Origin: Candidatus Gottesmanbacteria bacterium
Lineage (GTDB): Bacteria; Patescibacteriota; Microgenomatia; UBA10105; UBA927
Reading direction: 5' to 3'
Length of the DNA: 64,000 bases
NCBI GenBank assembly: GCA_963714095.1
Contig: OY970230.1
Coordinates: 895,907 to 959,906 of the forward strand
The translations under genes were made by a program, and so were the position numbers. Below the pieces are notes generated by a model. That model was not told the origin of the DNA, ran no database searches, and was given only the letters and a program-made list of their open reading frames with translations. Shown here in pieces: positions 1 through 9,888 of this stretch (its first letter is position 1; each line of letters begins with the position of its first letter).

Positions 1-28
1 CCCCGATTCCCAATTCACGTATGTCGGC

Positions 29-985
29 ATGCGGTCTGTAAATATTCTGGGACCCACACCGACTCCGACGCCGCAACCAAATATCGTTCAGATTATAGCA
101 GCGGTATTTGCACCATCGCCAACCCCTCTGCCTATTGTGGAGCTTCCGGCTGGACGGATTTTAACGGGAATATATGACCCGTCAGGAAGCTTTAACGATG
201 TGCACTTTGACATCAAACACAGCTTTACTGATTGGAATGATCCGTCAGAAATCAGCAATGCAATTACGGCAGCACAACAAGTCGGGGAATTTCCGATGGT
301 TACGGTACAACCCATACCGAAGCAGAATCTCAACCCTCTTTCGCTCCTACAGGACATTGCTGCGGGGAAATACGACGATACTATCAAGGCTATGGCGACT
401 ACAATATATCGCTTTGCGCCTCAAAAAGTAATCGTCCGATGGGGTCATGAGATGGACGTCTGCGGGGCATACGAATGGTCTACCTGCGTGCCGGGAAACT
501 TCATTCCAGCATACCGTCATGTGATAGACCTCATCCGAGCCCAGGGAGTCACGAACATCATCTGGATGTGGAGTCCTGCTGGCAATAACAATGCGGAACA
601 ATTTTGGCCGGGTAATGGCTACGTCGACCTCATTGGAGTCACAGACTTAAGCTCTGAGGATTGGGACAGAGATTTTAACAATAGTAAACCGTGGCCGCAG
701 CCTATGAACCAGCTGTTCTATTTACGCTACAGGCTTGCGGTGGAATATAACAAACCAATCATCATGACGGAGCTTGGTGTCGCTTACAGTGATCCAAATG
801 TCAACAAGACACAATGGTTTACTGACGGATTTCGTTCAGTGACACAGCAAAAATACCCATTGCTCATAGGGTGGGTCTATTTCAATGATGTGGGACAAAT
901 GAATGGCCACGTCTTGATTCTCCCCGATTTTCGGGTTACTCGCGAAGAGCTCTTAACGGGGCTTGCCGCAGGAGGTTATAAATGA
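29..985 (+). CDS. Glycoside hydrolase family 26 (beta-mannanase/endoglucanase-like); may begin upstream of the window
   Basis: VRWGHEMD acid/base motif, WMWSP, FWPGNGYVDLIG and KPIIMTELG nucleophile motif; PT-rich linker at N-terminus. Confidence 0.75.
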   Translation: MRSVNILGPTPTPTPQPNIVQIIAAVFAPSPTPLPIVELPAGRILTGIYDPSGSFNDVHFDIKHSFTDWNDPSEISNAITAAQQVGEFPMVTVQPIPKQNLNPLSLLQDIAAGKYDDTIKAMATTIYRFAPQKVIVRWGHEMDVCGAYEWSTCVPGNFIPAYRHVIDLIRAQGVTNIIWMWSPAGNNNAEQFWPGNGYVDLIGVTDLSSEDWDRDFNNSKPWPQPMNQLFYLRYRLAVEYNKPIIMTELGVAYSDPNVNKTQWFTDGFRSVTQQKYPLLIGWVYFNDVGQMNGHVLILPDFRVTREELLTGLAAGGYK

Positions 986-1719
986 ATAAAATTCTGGTCA
1001 CCGGTGGAGCTGGTTTTATCGGCTCACATCTCACCGCACGTTTAGTCGCTGAAGGGTACGACATTACTGTCGTCGATAACCTTTCCAGCGGGAAAAAGGG
1101 AAACGTGCCACGGGGGGCAAAACTGCACGTTATGGATATCCGCGACGCAAACGCGATGAATAAACTGTTCGCCACACATCACTTTGACGTGATGTTCCAC
1201 CAAGCGGCGCAAATGAGCGTTTTGCGGTCAATGAAAGATCCTTTGTACGACGCGGACGTCAATGTCAAAGGACTCATCACCTTGATGGAGGCAGGACGGA
1301 AAAACGGCCTTCGAAAGGTGGTGTTTGCCTCAAGCGGGGGTGTTATCTACGGGGAACCCGTCCATACGCCACAGCATGAGGATCATCCGCTGGCACCTAT
1401 GTCGCCGTACGGCATTTCCAAAATGGCAAGCGAAAAATACTTGCATTTCTATTGGAAAGTCTACGGTATCCCGACTGTGTCTCTGCGCTACGCGAATGTT
1501 TACGGCCCGCGGCAAAATCCACAAAGTGGTGCAGGCGTCATAGCCATGATGCTGGAAAAAATTCTCACAGGCAAGCAGACAAAAATCAACGGTGATGGGA
1601 CAAAAACCCGTGACTACGTGCATGTTGATGATGTCATCACCGCAAACCTGTACGCACTGGAGTGCGATGGACCCGATACGTTTAATATCGGCACTAGTTT
1701 TATGCCTTGTTTTTCCTGA
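982..1719 (+). pseudogene. NAD-dependent epimerase (UDP-glucose 4-epimerase-like), C-terminally truncated
   Basis: TGGAGFIG, YGISK and RYANVYGPRQ motifs; family-like sequence stops just after FNIGT at 245 aa, where the family is usually ~310 aa. Confidence 0.7.
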
Positions 1720-1797
1720 CTATCTGCGAGTACTGCTGCTTCAAGAAGAGATGTCATGTGAAACGCATTCTGGCAAATATTTAGTCTAAATGCAAGT

Positions 1798-3174
1798 TTA
1801 ATATGAATCCAATGCTGCGAAAAGCTTCCTCGTATCGGATACAAGCGGTAACACTGATTGCGTGTAAAAATAACTGAGAGGCTCGTGAATTTGTCTTTGG
1901 TACGCTCCGTTTGATGATTCCCGAATATTCGGTATCTGCCCATAATAATGGTTCGCGGCCATAATGGCCATCTGTTCAAACATCGTATCGTCGGGCGTTC
2001 TCGCATGATCAAGAAAGTACGAAATTGATTTAGGGTTACTGAATTGCCAATTTTCTATATGAGATAACATAAGCGGATCGCCGAAAACAGTACCCGGACA
2101 TACACTTACGCCGAGTTTCGATGCATCTTCCGTGGCAAACTTTGAAAGTTCATGAAGTGCTTCCTGGGAAAGTTCATCGGTGTACACGATAATGTCGACA
2201 TCGCTTGTTGTAGGGTTAAAGCCTTGCGTACCCTCACGTACTACTGAACCAGTAACGCCCGAAGCAATAACGAACGGAAAACGATCAAATATGGCTTTGC
2301 TGAGGGAAAAAGCCTGTTCTTGCCGTACGGAAGATTCTCTGTTAAATTCTTCATCGGCGTACGGATGTTCGGTATGTTCGGCAATTTTACTTAAAAATCT
2401 TCCCCCTCTCCATTCAGGATGTTCTCCTGAAGCACAAATTGATAGAAGATCGCGGATGTATATCCGGTTAATCCTGTTTTCCTGGGGAATTTCAGAATAG
2501 GCATATTTTGTAATATCATGAGCATAAAATCCGATTAATCTCCGTATGAGAACGTCCATACTTCCGGTCGTTCCGTATACATCGTAGACGCCTTCTTTAA
2601 GTGCATAGCTCAGAGCTGAAAGAGGAAGGGGAGGATACCGATCCGGATCTTGCTGGCGGCGGCTCTCATACTCCTGCAATTTTTGATTGACGGCGAAAGA
2701 AACGATATTACGTTCGTTTATGTGTTGTTCTTGGGAGCGAGCATTTAGCACAGCTAAAATATTATCCTGGATGATGTACGATGGATTTTGTTGCAACATG
2801 GATATTCCAGTTGACAAGATGAATCGTTCATAAGAGTTTACTTTTCCGGATGCCACGCGTGTTGCAATGGGAAGCATGCGTTCTACTTTTGCATCCCGTA
2901 GACTTTGGCAAGATTTTAGAACCGCTTCGGATTCATGATATTTTTCTCCAATACCGCTGGTGTCTACGACTCGGCCATGTTTTTCGAATTGCGGTCGTTT
3001 TAACTCTTCCGCCTCCTCGCTAATAGCCTCTGAAAGATTCCAAAGTCTATTCTGTTCTGTGTTTAATTCCACCAGATGATTAATTTGGGAACGCAGTGGC
3101 AGGCGAGTAAACCAGAAAAGGTTTTTTGGTTCTACCTTTGGCACGGCACGAGCATATTCTGGAGAGGTATACAT
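1798..3174 (-). CDS. Hypothetical protein with C-terminal Pol-beta-like nucleotidyltransferase motif
   Basis: 458-aa ORF; GVTGSVVR...SDVDIIV matches the GS-x-DxD signature; own promoter TTGACT-17-TATACT. Confidence 0.55.
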   Translation of the reverse strand: MYTSPEYARAVPKVEPKNLFWFTRLPLRSQINHLVELNTEQNRLWNLSEAISEEAEELKRPQFEKHGRVVDTSGIGEKYHESEAVLKSCQSLRDAKVERMLPIATRVASGKVNSYERFILSTGISMLQQNPSYIIQDNILAVLNARSQEQHINERNIVSFAVNQKLQEYESRRQQDPDRYPPLPLSALSYALKEGVYDVYGTTGSMDVLIRRLIGFYAHDITKYAYSEIPQENRINRIYIRDLLSICASGEHPEWRGGRFLSKIAEHTEHPYADEEFNRESSVRQEQAFSLSKAIFDRFPFVIASGVTGSVVREGTQGFNPTTSDVDIIVYTDELSQEALHELSKFATEDASKLGVSVCPGTVFGDPLMLSHIENWQFSNPKSISYFLDHARTPDDTMFEQMAIMAANHYYGQIPNIRESSNGAYQRQIHEPLSYFYTQSVLPLVSDTRKLFAALDSY

Positions 3175-3222
3175 AGAGCAAGGAGTATAGCATTAAACCT
3201 ATAGTAAGTCAATCTGAAGGAA

Positions 3223-4086
3223 TTATAAGATGGCAATCTTTACTCCCGGTCCCATGGTGGCGGTAAGGGTAGCTTTGGCGATTTTACTGCGGCCGACGGC
3301 GTCTAAGATTGCCGTCACGTTTTCCTCAAGCTTTTTATCTTCAAAGGATACTTTGCCCACGATGAGATGAATAATCGGCTGGTCAGGCTCGGTTTTGAAA
3401 TTGACCTTGCCGGTTGACAGTTCTTTTGCCCGCTTGGCGGTGTCTTCCGTCACCGTACCGGTTTTCGGGTTGGGCATCAGACCCTTCGGGCCTAAAATCC
3501 GTGCGACTTTTGCAAGCTTGGGCATCATGCTTGGCGCGGCAACTAATATATCAAAATTGATTTTTCCCTCGGCAACGTCCGCGATAATCGTGTCATCCGC
3601 AATAAGTACCCGCACCTGTTTGCCGGTCCCGTGCGGGAGCGATACAGAGCCTCTCATGTCCTTTTTCTCACCGAGTGATGCCGGATTTAAATTCATATGA
3701 AGTTCAACCGACCCGTCAAATTTTGTGAGACTTGTTTTCTTGACGAGTGACACGGCGTCTGTCAGGGGATAGGTTTTCGTTTTATCAACAAGGGAGGCCG
3801 CCTCGACATAGCGCTTGCTGCGGACCCGCGTCTTTTTCTGTTTTTTTGCTTTTTTGGCCGCTGCGTCGGCCGGTTTTTCGCCGCTTTCGACCTCTTCGAT
3901 CAGTTTCTTAAACTCCGGTTTAATATCCGTTCCTTCGACAACCGAAACGCGCTGTCCGCCCGAGAGGCCCAGGCCCTCCACTTTTTGTTTTTTGGAATCC
4001 TTTGTCTGGCGGCGTGCCTCAGCTCTTCGTTTTTGTTCTTTTTCTGCTTTTTCGTCGCCCATGGCGACGGCTCTGATTTTACCCAT
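3223..4086 (-). CDS. rplA: 50S ribosomal protein L1 with Lys-rich N-terminal extension
   Basis: KFDGSVE, RGSVSLPHGTGK, LGPKGLMPNPKTGTVT, TMGPGVKI. Confidence 0.97.
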   Translation of the reverse strand: MGKIRAVAMGDEKAEKEQKRRAEARRQTKDSKKQKVEGLGLSGGQRVSVVEGTDIKPEFKKLIEEVESGEKPADAAAKKAKKQKKTRVRSKRYVEAASLVDKTKTYPLTDAVSLVKKTSLTKFDGSVELHMNLNPASLGEKKDMRGSVSLPHGTGKQVRVLIADDTIIADVAEGKINFDILVAAPSMMPKLAKVARILGPKGLMPNPKTGTVTEDTAKRAKELSTGKVNFKTEPDQPIIHLIVGKVSFEDKKLEENVTAILDAVGRSKIAKATLTATMGPGVKIAIL

Positions 4087-4090
4087 AGAT

Positions 4091-4519
4091 TTATCCTTCC
4101 ACTTCTATTCCCATTGATCTGGCTGTTCCTGCGACGACTTTCATTGCTGCGTCCACGTTGTCGCAATTGAGATCCGGCAATTTATCGGTTGCGATTTTTT
4201 TCACCTGTTCTTTTGTTAATTTTCCTGCAGATTCATGGCCGGCTTTACCTCCGGCTTTATCGAGGGCCAGGAGTTTTTTAATCATGGCGGCAACAGGAGG
4301 AAGTTTGGTGATAAAGCTGAATGTGCGGTCTTCGTAGACAGTGATAACGGCCGGGATCGTTTCGCCTTTGAGTTTTGCAGTGCGCTCGTTGTACGCTTTA
4401 ACAAACTCCATAATGGGGAGTCCGTGCTGGCCGAGTGCCGGCCCTACTGGCGGCGCGGCCGTGGCTACCCCTGCGGGAAGATTAAGTTTAATGATTGTTT
4501 TAACTTTTTTTACTGCCAT
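4091..4519 (-). CDS. rplK: 50S ribosomal protein L11
   Basis: PPVGPALGQHG and GTARSMGIEV; start placed at MAVKKVK (4519). Confidence 0.97.
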   Translation of the reverse strand: MAVKKVKTIIKLNLPAGVATAAPPVGPALGQHGLPIMEFVKAYNERTAKLKGETIPAVITVYEDRTFSFITKLPPVAAMIKKLLALDKAGGKAGHESAGKLTKEQVKKIATDKLPDLNCDNVDAAMKVVAGTARSMGIEVEG

Positions 4520-4665
4520 AGGATTTGAAAAACAAGAAGGGAACGGGGAATACACGAAGTATTTCGAAACCCTTCCGGTTTCTCCTACACGAGTTGCGTA
4601 GTAAAGGGAGTATAGCAGATATTATTTTGTTTGACAAATCGGGGGAAAAGAAATACGGTAGTAAT

Positions 4666-5409
4666 ATGGCTGGCGCAGGAAACGGTAATCAGGAACTTGT
4701 TGGTCAATTTCCACCACCGAAAAAATTATATTCACGGCGGGATTTTTTGAAATTAGGGGGTGCGGGAGTTGCAGCCACATTGCTTGCTGCGTGCGGTATA
4801 AAACCCACCGAAACTACAACTTCTCCATCCATTGTCGAACGCGCACCGTATAGGGAAGTAGAAAACGGTCAAACTATTAATCTTGTCTTACCCGGTGAAA
4901 TAAATCGGTCTCCGGTTGTTATTCAATATGACCAACAGGGAAACGATATTACACCTTTACAGATACGGGAGGATAAAAATCATCAGGAAACATTTCTAGC
5001 ATTCACAAATGGGGGAACGACATCCAGGAAAATGGGAGAGGTGGTCTTGCCGCAGATATATCGGGTAGTGGCAAATCCGAATATAATAGATAAAGACGGA
5101 AATCCATGTCCTCTTCATATATATCCCAGCGCAGTATCAGAGACCGGGAGTTCTGACTGGAGTGTATTGCCGCAAGGCGTTGAAACGTATGCACTTCCGG
5201 TTATAACATGCGTATCGGATGTTATGGGAGATAATCATCCTCCTATGGAACACAACGGACTTCCCATGAGTAATGAACCTGTGACTGAGTTTGGTCTCGG
5301 CGCATATATATTCACATTGGAAAAAATGAATGGAAAGATGACAGCGCATCGCGGGATGTTTCTTCACGATTTACGTGCTGTTATTCCGGCTCCCGGAAGT
5401 AAGGCTTAG
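4666..5409 (+). CDS. Putative lipoprotein with twin-arginine-like signal peptide
   Basis: SRRDFLKLGGAGVAATLLAAC (RR motif plus lipobox); TTGACA at 4631 upstream. Confidence 0.6.
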   Translation: MAGAGNGNQELVGQFPPPKKLYSRRDFLKLGGAGVAATLLAACGIKPTETTTSPSIVERAPYREVENGQTINLVLPGEINRSPVVIQYDQQGNDITPLQIREDKNHQETFLAFTNGGTTSRKMGEVVLPQIYRVVANPNIIDKDGNPCPLHIYPSAVSETGSSDWSVLPQGVETYALPVITCVSDVMGDNHPPMEHNGLPMSNEPVTEFGLGAYIFTLEKMNGKMTAHRGMFLHDLRAVIPAPGSKA

Positions 5410-5987
5410 AGTTTTGCTACCTGCAAGAAGTCCAGTTCAACCGGGGTTTCGCGGCCGAAAATTGAGACAAGCACTTTAATTTTTCCCTTTTCCTCGTCAA
5501 TCGTATCAATCGTGCCCAAAAAGTCCGCAAACGGCCCGTCCACGATTTTGACTGCTTCGCCGACGGAAAACGACGCCTTATATTTGGGCGCTTCCATTTG
5601 CATAAACTTGAGGATCGTATCGACCTCTTTTTCCGAGATGGGGGTGGGTTTGTTGCCGGCGCCTACGAATGCGGTCACCCCTTGGGTGGTGCGGACGGCC
5701 AGCCACGACGTGTCATCCAATACCATTTTGACCAGAATGTAGCCCGGGAAAATTTTTTCTTTCTGCTCTTCTTTTTTGCCGTGTTTCACTGTGACGATGT
5801 TGCGGGTAGGCACTATGATTTCAAAAATTTTATCCGCAAGCTTCATCGTGTCGATCCGCTGTTTTAGGTTTGCGGCGACTTTGTTTTCGTGGCCGGAATA
5901 GGTATGCACGACGTACCATTTGGCGTTCACCGGAACGGCGGGAGCCTGCGGTTTCGGCGGTTCTACTATTGGTTGTTGATCGTTCAT
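5406..5987 (-). CDS. nusG: Transcription termination/antitermination factor NusG
   Basis: WYVVHTYSGHENKV, FPGYILV and the KOW region VSIFGRETPVEL. Confidence 0.98.
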   Translation of the reverse strand: MNDQQPIVEPPKPQAPAVPVNAKWYVVHTYSGHENKVAANLKQRIDTMKLADKIFEIIVPTRNIVTVKHGKKEEQKEKIFPGYILVKMVLDDTSWLAVRTTQGVTAFVGAGNKPTPISEKEVDTILKFMQMEAPKYKASFSVGEAVKIVDGPFADFLGTIDTIDEEKGKIKVLVSIFGRETPVELDFLQVAKL

Positions 5988-5989
5988 AG

Positions 5990-6205
5990 TTATCTCTTAA
6001 ATAATAATGTTGTTGCCCTTACAAACAGCGCATCTAAGCCTCCGATGAAAGCGCCCACCAGTATCGAAATGACGATAACGATAACCGTCAGTTTCACCGT
6101 TTCCTCCCGCGTGGGCCACGTGACTTTTTTCAGTTCCGCCACGACCTCTTTAATAAATCTTCCCGGCGCGACGCTTGGTATGCTTGGTTTTTGTACTGTG
6201 TCCAT
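5990..6205 (-). CDS. secE: Preprotein translocase subunit SecE
   Basis: ELKKVTWPTREE plus one TM helix, directly upstream of nusG; start placed at MDTVQK. Confidence 0.95.
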   Translation of the reverse strand: MDTVQKPSIPSVAPGRFIKEVVAELKKVTWPTREETVKLTVIVIVISILVGAFIGGLDALFVRATTLLFKR

Positions 6206-6301
6206 ATCCGTATGATACCAAGGTTTCTTCCTAAACAAAACCCCCTCCCAGGGGTTACTTCACTGTGTACTATAGCAAAAAAGGCTCGGTTTGTAAAGAG
6301 G

Positions 6302-8245
6302 TTATGGACATTGGAAGTTATTGAAAAAATCGACGGTCCAGTTATACATCTGATCGTTTGGTGAGTACGGGCTTTTTCCTGTTTCTGGACAATAGGTCAT
6401 ATACATCAGACGTTCCCTGAACATATCGGTAACGTTCCAGTTGCCGCATGATGTGGCCTGTTTGGTCGGAGCTAACGTTGCTGTTGATACGCCGAGACAG
6501 GAACTATACTGTGTAATATCGGCTGGCAGTTGCATATTCATATTGGCACTTAGCATCTTTGCAACTGCAGCTGTTTGATCCAAAAAATTGCAAAGTTTTT
6601 CATTTCCTGTGTGACTTGGATCAACTGCGTCTACTGCGGTTTTGTATAATTCAAACGTATCGGCTCGCATTCCATACGGATATGCTGCGGATGTTGTGGT
6701 ATTACAAAATGGCATGGTGGCTCCACAAAAACTCCAGTTTTTTACATTATCATCTGTCCAGGTCGCTCCTCCCATGTATTGCGGCATGCCGGCTTCGGCA
6801 AAAAGTGTTAAGAGAAGCATTTTTGGTGGGACATGATAGGTGTCGCCGACTTTTTGCAGAATTTGGATCATGGTGGGCGGTATTACCCCATTGGGAAAGA
6901 ATGAAGCATTGATGTTTGTAATATTTCCGGGATGACAGAGGGTACAGGAATTGTCAGTAAGGGAAAAATTTGGGAGCGTTGTGCCGCATGCGCCCGGCGT
7001 GGGGGTTCCCTGAATACCTGGGGTAGAAATCGGAGTAGAATTGGGATCTATCGTCGGGCCCGGTCCTACCCAATTAGTATTGCATGCAGTCGGATCGCCG
7101 GGGATAGCTTTATCCTGGTAATCCGCTTCGGCTAGCGTGCAATTGGTATATATTCCGGCATTTTCGATGCGTGCGTCAAACGCATTACTATTAGCTTGAG
7201 TAACAGTATCTTGTGTACCACCGATGTTTAGTATCCACCCCTGTTTTTGGTCACTGGCGTTGGGATTATTCGCATTAAACGCAGGATTAATCCCGTCCTG
7301 CCGATACATAGCATTTGCAGCGCCGCCCGCTGCACAAAGTCCCTCTTTTTGGGATTCAGTGGTATAGGCGACCGGGTTCATATCCGCTGACGTTGCGCAC
7401 CCGGCAAAGAGTGCTGAAACGTGTGGGCTAAATGTTTCGTTGCCCGTCCCGACAATTTTGGCCGTATATGATTGGCCGTTTTTCGTCAGGAGGTTGATTA
7501 TGTCTTGCGTGAGATTGGCGAAAAAATTGATAGTGCTGTTTGCAATGGTGCCCCCATAATTATTTGTACCCTGAAACGTTTTTTGATCTTGGTTGACCTG
7601 TGTGCCTCCGCTGAAATTTGACGGGCATGGAAGCGCTGCATCCTTATTAATGGTTATGTTTGGCTGGCGGAAATCCTGTGATTCCTGCACGTAGTTGGTG
7701 GTAAATGATGCAAGTTGTTGTGTACCTTGAATGAGCGCGTTCTTTGACGGTAAATTAGCGGTGCTTATCGTATCGTTACTCACGATCCCGTCACCGATAA
7801 GTTTACCATTTTGGTCATAGAAACATGCCCGGCTTGTCATGGAGCCTGATTTTTCTGTTGTGTCAGGTTGTTCGATTGCCTGCAGGTCTGCAAGGTTTAA
7901 GTCTGTATCGGTTGCCGTCTGTATTTGGTTCGCGAATGCATTTAATTTATTAGTCCCGATGTTGTAGGCACCGTTAGGTTTTAACTCTCCAAGGCCTTGT
8001 AGTACTGTCTTTGTTACTCCACTGTTGTTGCCGAATAGTCGTGCTACGATTTGGGCTATCATTTGTGCAGTGAGGCTTAAAGGTATGACTGTGTTGGCGC
8101 TATCACCGGGAGAAAGACAGGTGGACGAAGGGTCGGTGGAGCATCCTTGTATGGCAAATAATGAATCAACTGCATGGACGGGAACGACGTCCACAAGAAC
8201 GAAAATGAAGAGAAACAGGATAACAAAACCCCGGATATACCGCAT
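6302..8245 (-). CDS. Large secreted Cys/Thr/Asn-rich protein with possible C-terminal lysozyme/SLT-like domain
   Basis: Signal peptide ending VHA; segment ILQKVGDTYHVPPKMLLLTLFAEAG resembles the SLT catalytic helix with Glu. Confidence 0.5.
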   Translation of the reverse strand: MRYIRGFVILFLFIFVLVDVVPVHAVDSLFAIQGCSTDPSSTCLSPGDSANTVIPLSLTAQMIAQIVARLFGNNSGVTKTVLQGLGELKPNGAYNIGTNKLNAFANQIQTATDTDLNLADLQAIEQPDTTEKSGSMTSRACFYDQNGKLIGDGIVSNDTISTANLPSKNALIQGTQQLASFTTNYVQESQDFRQPNITINKDAALPCPSNFSGGTQVNQDQKTFQGTNNYGGTIANSTINFFANLTQDIINLLTKNGQSYTAKIVGTGNETFSPHVSALFAGCATSADMNPVAYTTESQKEGLCAAGGAANAMYRQDGINPAFNANNPNASDQKQGWILNIGGTQDTVTQANSNAFDARIENAGIYTNCTLAEADYQDKAIPGDPTACNTNWVGPGPTIDPNSTPISTPGIQGTPTPGACGTTLPNFSLTDNSCTLCHPGNITNINASFFPNGVIPPTMIQILQKVGDTYHVPPKMLLLTLFAEAGMPQYMGGATWTDDNVKNWSFCGATMPFCNTTTSAAYPYGMRADTFELYKTAVDAVDPSHTGNEKLCNFLDQTAAVAKMLSANMNMQLPADITQYSSCLGVSTATLAPTKQATSCGNWNVTDMFRERLMYMTYCPETGKSPYSPNDQMYNWTVDFFNNFQCP

Positions 8246-8305
8246 GTAATTTCATCATAGCAAATTGACAAGTATCTTGCATGGGCGATACAATCGAGGG
8301 TACAC

Positions 8306-9181
8306 ATGAACAAACAGACAGTCCGCAAGGCCGTTATCCCGGCTGCAGGTTTTGGTACCAGGTTTCTTCCGCAGACCAAGGCTATGCCCAAGGAAATGCT
8401 CCCGATTGTGGATAAACCCGTCATTCAATACGTTGTCGAGGAACTTGTCGCCTCCGGTATTACCGATATTGTCATCGTCACCGGCTGGAACAAACGCGCA
8501 ATCGAGGACCACTTTGATTACCCTAACGAGCTTATCCAGATGCTCAAAGATCAGGGAAAAGATGACCTTTTGGATTCGGTGAAAAAAACCGCGGAACTTG
8601 CCAACTTCATCTATATCCGGCAAAAAGGCCCGTACGGGAACGGAACGCCGGTACTCTGCGCCAGGTCCGTCATCGGCAACGAACCGTTTGTTGTCATTTG
8701 GGGTGATGAGTTTATTTATGCGCACCCGCCCCGGGCCCGTCAATGCATCGAAGTTTTTGAGAAATACGGAGACCCGGTGATTTCTGCAGTACGCGTGCCC
8801 AAGTCGGACGTATCGCGTTATGGTATTGTTGAGGCACGAAACGTAGAAAAAAATATCTGGCAGATAGAAAAATTACTGGAGAAGCCGTCCCGCGAAGAAG
8901 CGCCCAGCAATCTCGCTGCCCACGGCTGTTATGTACTGACCCCGGATATTTTTCCGTTGTTGGAAAAAGCCAGGCCGGGTAGAGGCAACGAAATTTGGCT
9001 CACCGACGCCATTAAAGAGTTGATGAAATCACGGCCGGTGTATGCCTGCGAGGTCAAAGACGCAAAGTATTACGATACGGGCAATAAACTGGAATACCTC
9101 AAAACCGTCGTCGAGTTTGCGCTGCAGCACAAAGACCTAAACGGCGATTTCCGGCAGTATCTGAAAAGCCTCAAGCTGTAG
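8306..9181 (+). CDS. galU: UTP--glucose-1-phosphate uridylyltransferase
   Basis: KAVIPAAGFGTRFLPQTKAMPKEMLPIVDKP. Confidence 0.93.
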   Translation: MNKQTVRKAVIPAAGFGTRFLPQTKAMPKEMLPIVDKPVIQYVVEELVASGITDIVIVTGWNKRAIEDHFDYPNELIQMLKDQGKDDLLDSVKKTAELANFIYIRQKGPYGNGTPVLCARSVIGNEPFVVIWGDEFIYAHPPRARQCIEVFEKYGDPVISAVRVPKSDVSRYGIVEARNVEKNIWQIEKLLEKPSREEAPSNLAAHGCYVLTPDIFPLLEKARPGRGNEIWLTDAIKELMKSRPVYACEVKDAKYYDTGNKLEYLKTVVEFALQHKDLNGDFRQYLKSLKL

Positions 9182-9183
9182 AT

Positions 9184-9888
9184 TTACTCTGCCGGAGGAT
9201 TTCCGTAGATAACCACTTCTGTCCCAGGATTCGTAGCCGTCGCGAGCGTACTCCATGCGGTGGGATCGGCGACCGTAGGCGTTGTCCAGTCCCAAAGTTT
9301 TGCGGCATCTTCCGTGCGCATGTTCACGCATCCGTGGCTCATGGGATGGCCGAAATTATTGTGCCAATACGTGCCGTGAAAGCTGAAGCCCTTGGATTTG
9401 TCTACCTCGTCATTGTAAAAAAATTCAACGTAGGGGACATTCGGCAGATAATAATAGGTGCCGTCGGTAGTGCTTCCGCCGGTCATGAGCTGGCTGCGAA
9501 CTTTCGCCCAAATGTGGAACGTTCCGGTCGGCGTGGGCCCCCATTTACCGGTGGAAACGATAAAATTAAACACCTGACGGTTGCCTTCATAGGCATAGAC
9601 CTGTTGATTGGTTAGATCCACCTCAATGCGTTTGTCGTTGGCGGTCGTGACGCCCAAAACGCGGCTGGTTTGGCGAAGATCCGCAAGTATCGGGGGCACG
9701 ACAATGGTCCCGTGAAATTGGGCGTAATGAGTATCTATTGGGCGCGGAAGAGATTCCCCGGCGATAAGTTTGGATAACGACAGAGGATCCGCAAGCGGTT
9801 CGTTTTGACTACGCGCCTGTTTGGATTGCTGAAGAATAAATGCAGCGATAAAGAGGACAATACAGCTGATAAGAAGAAGTTTTTTCAT
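9184..9888 (-). CDS. L,D-transpeptidase (YkuD family)
   Basis: FHGTYWHNNFGHPMSHGCVNM catalytic motif; N-terminal membrane anchor. Confidence 0.9.
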   Translation of the reverse strand: MKKLLLISCIVLFIAAFILQQSKQARSQNEPLADPLSLSKLIAGESLPRPIDTHYAQFHGTIVVPPILADLRQTSRVLGVTTANDKRIEVDLTNQQVYAYEGNRQVFNFIVSTGKWGPTPTGTFHIWAKVRSQLMTGGSTTDGTYYYLPNVPYVEFFYNDEVDKSKGFSFHGTYWHNNFGHPMSHGCVNMRTEDAAKLWDWTTPTVADPTAWSTLATATNPGTEVVIYGNPPAE

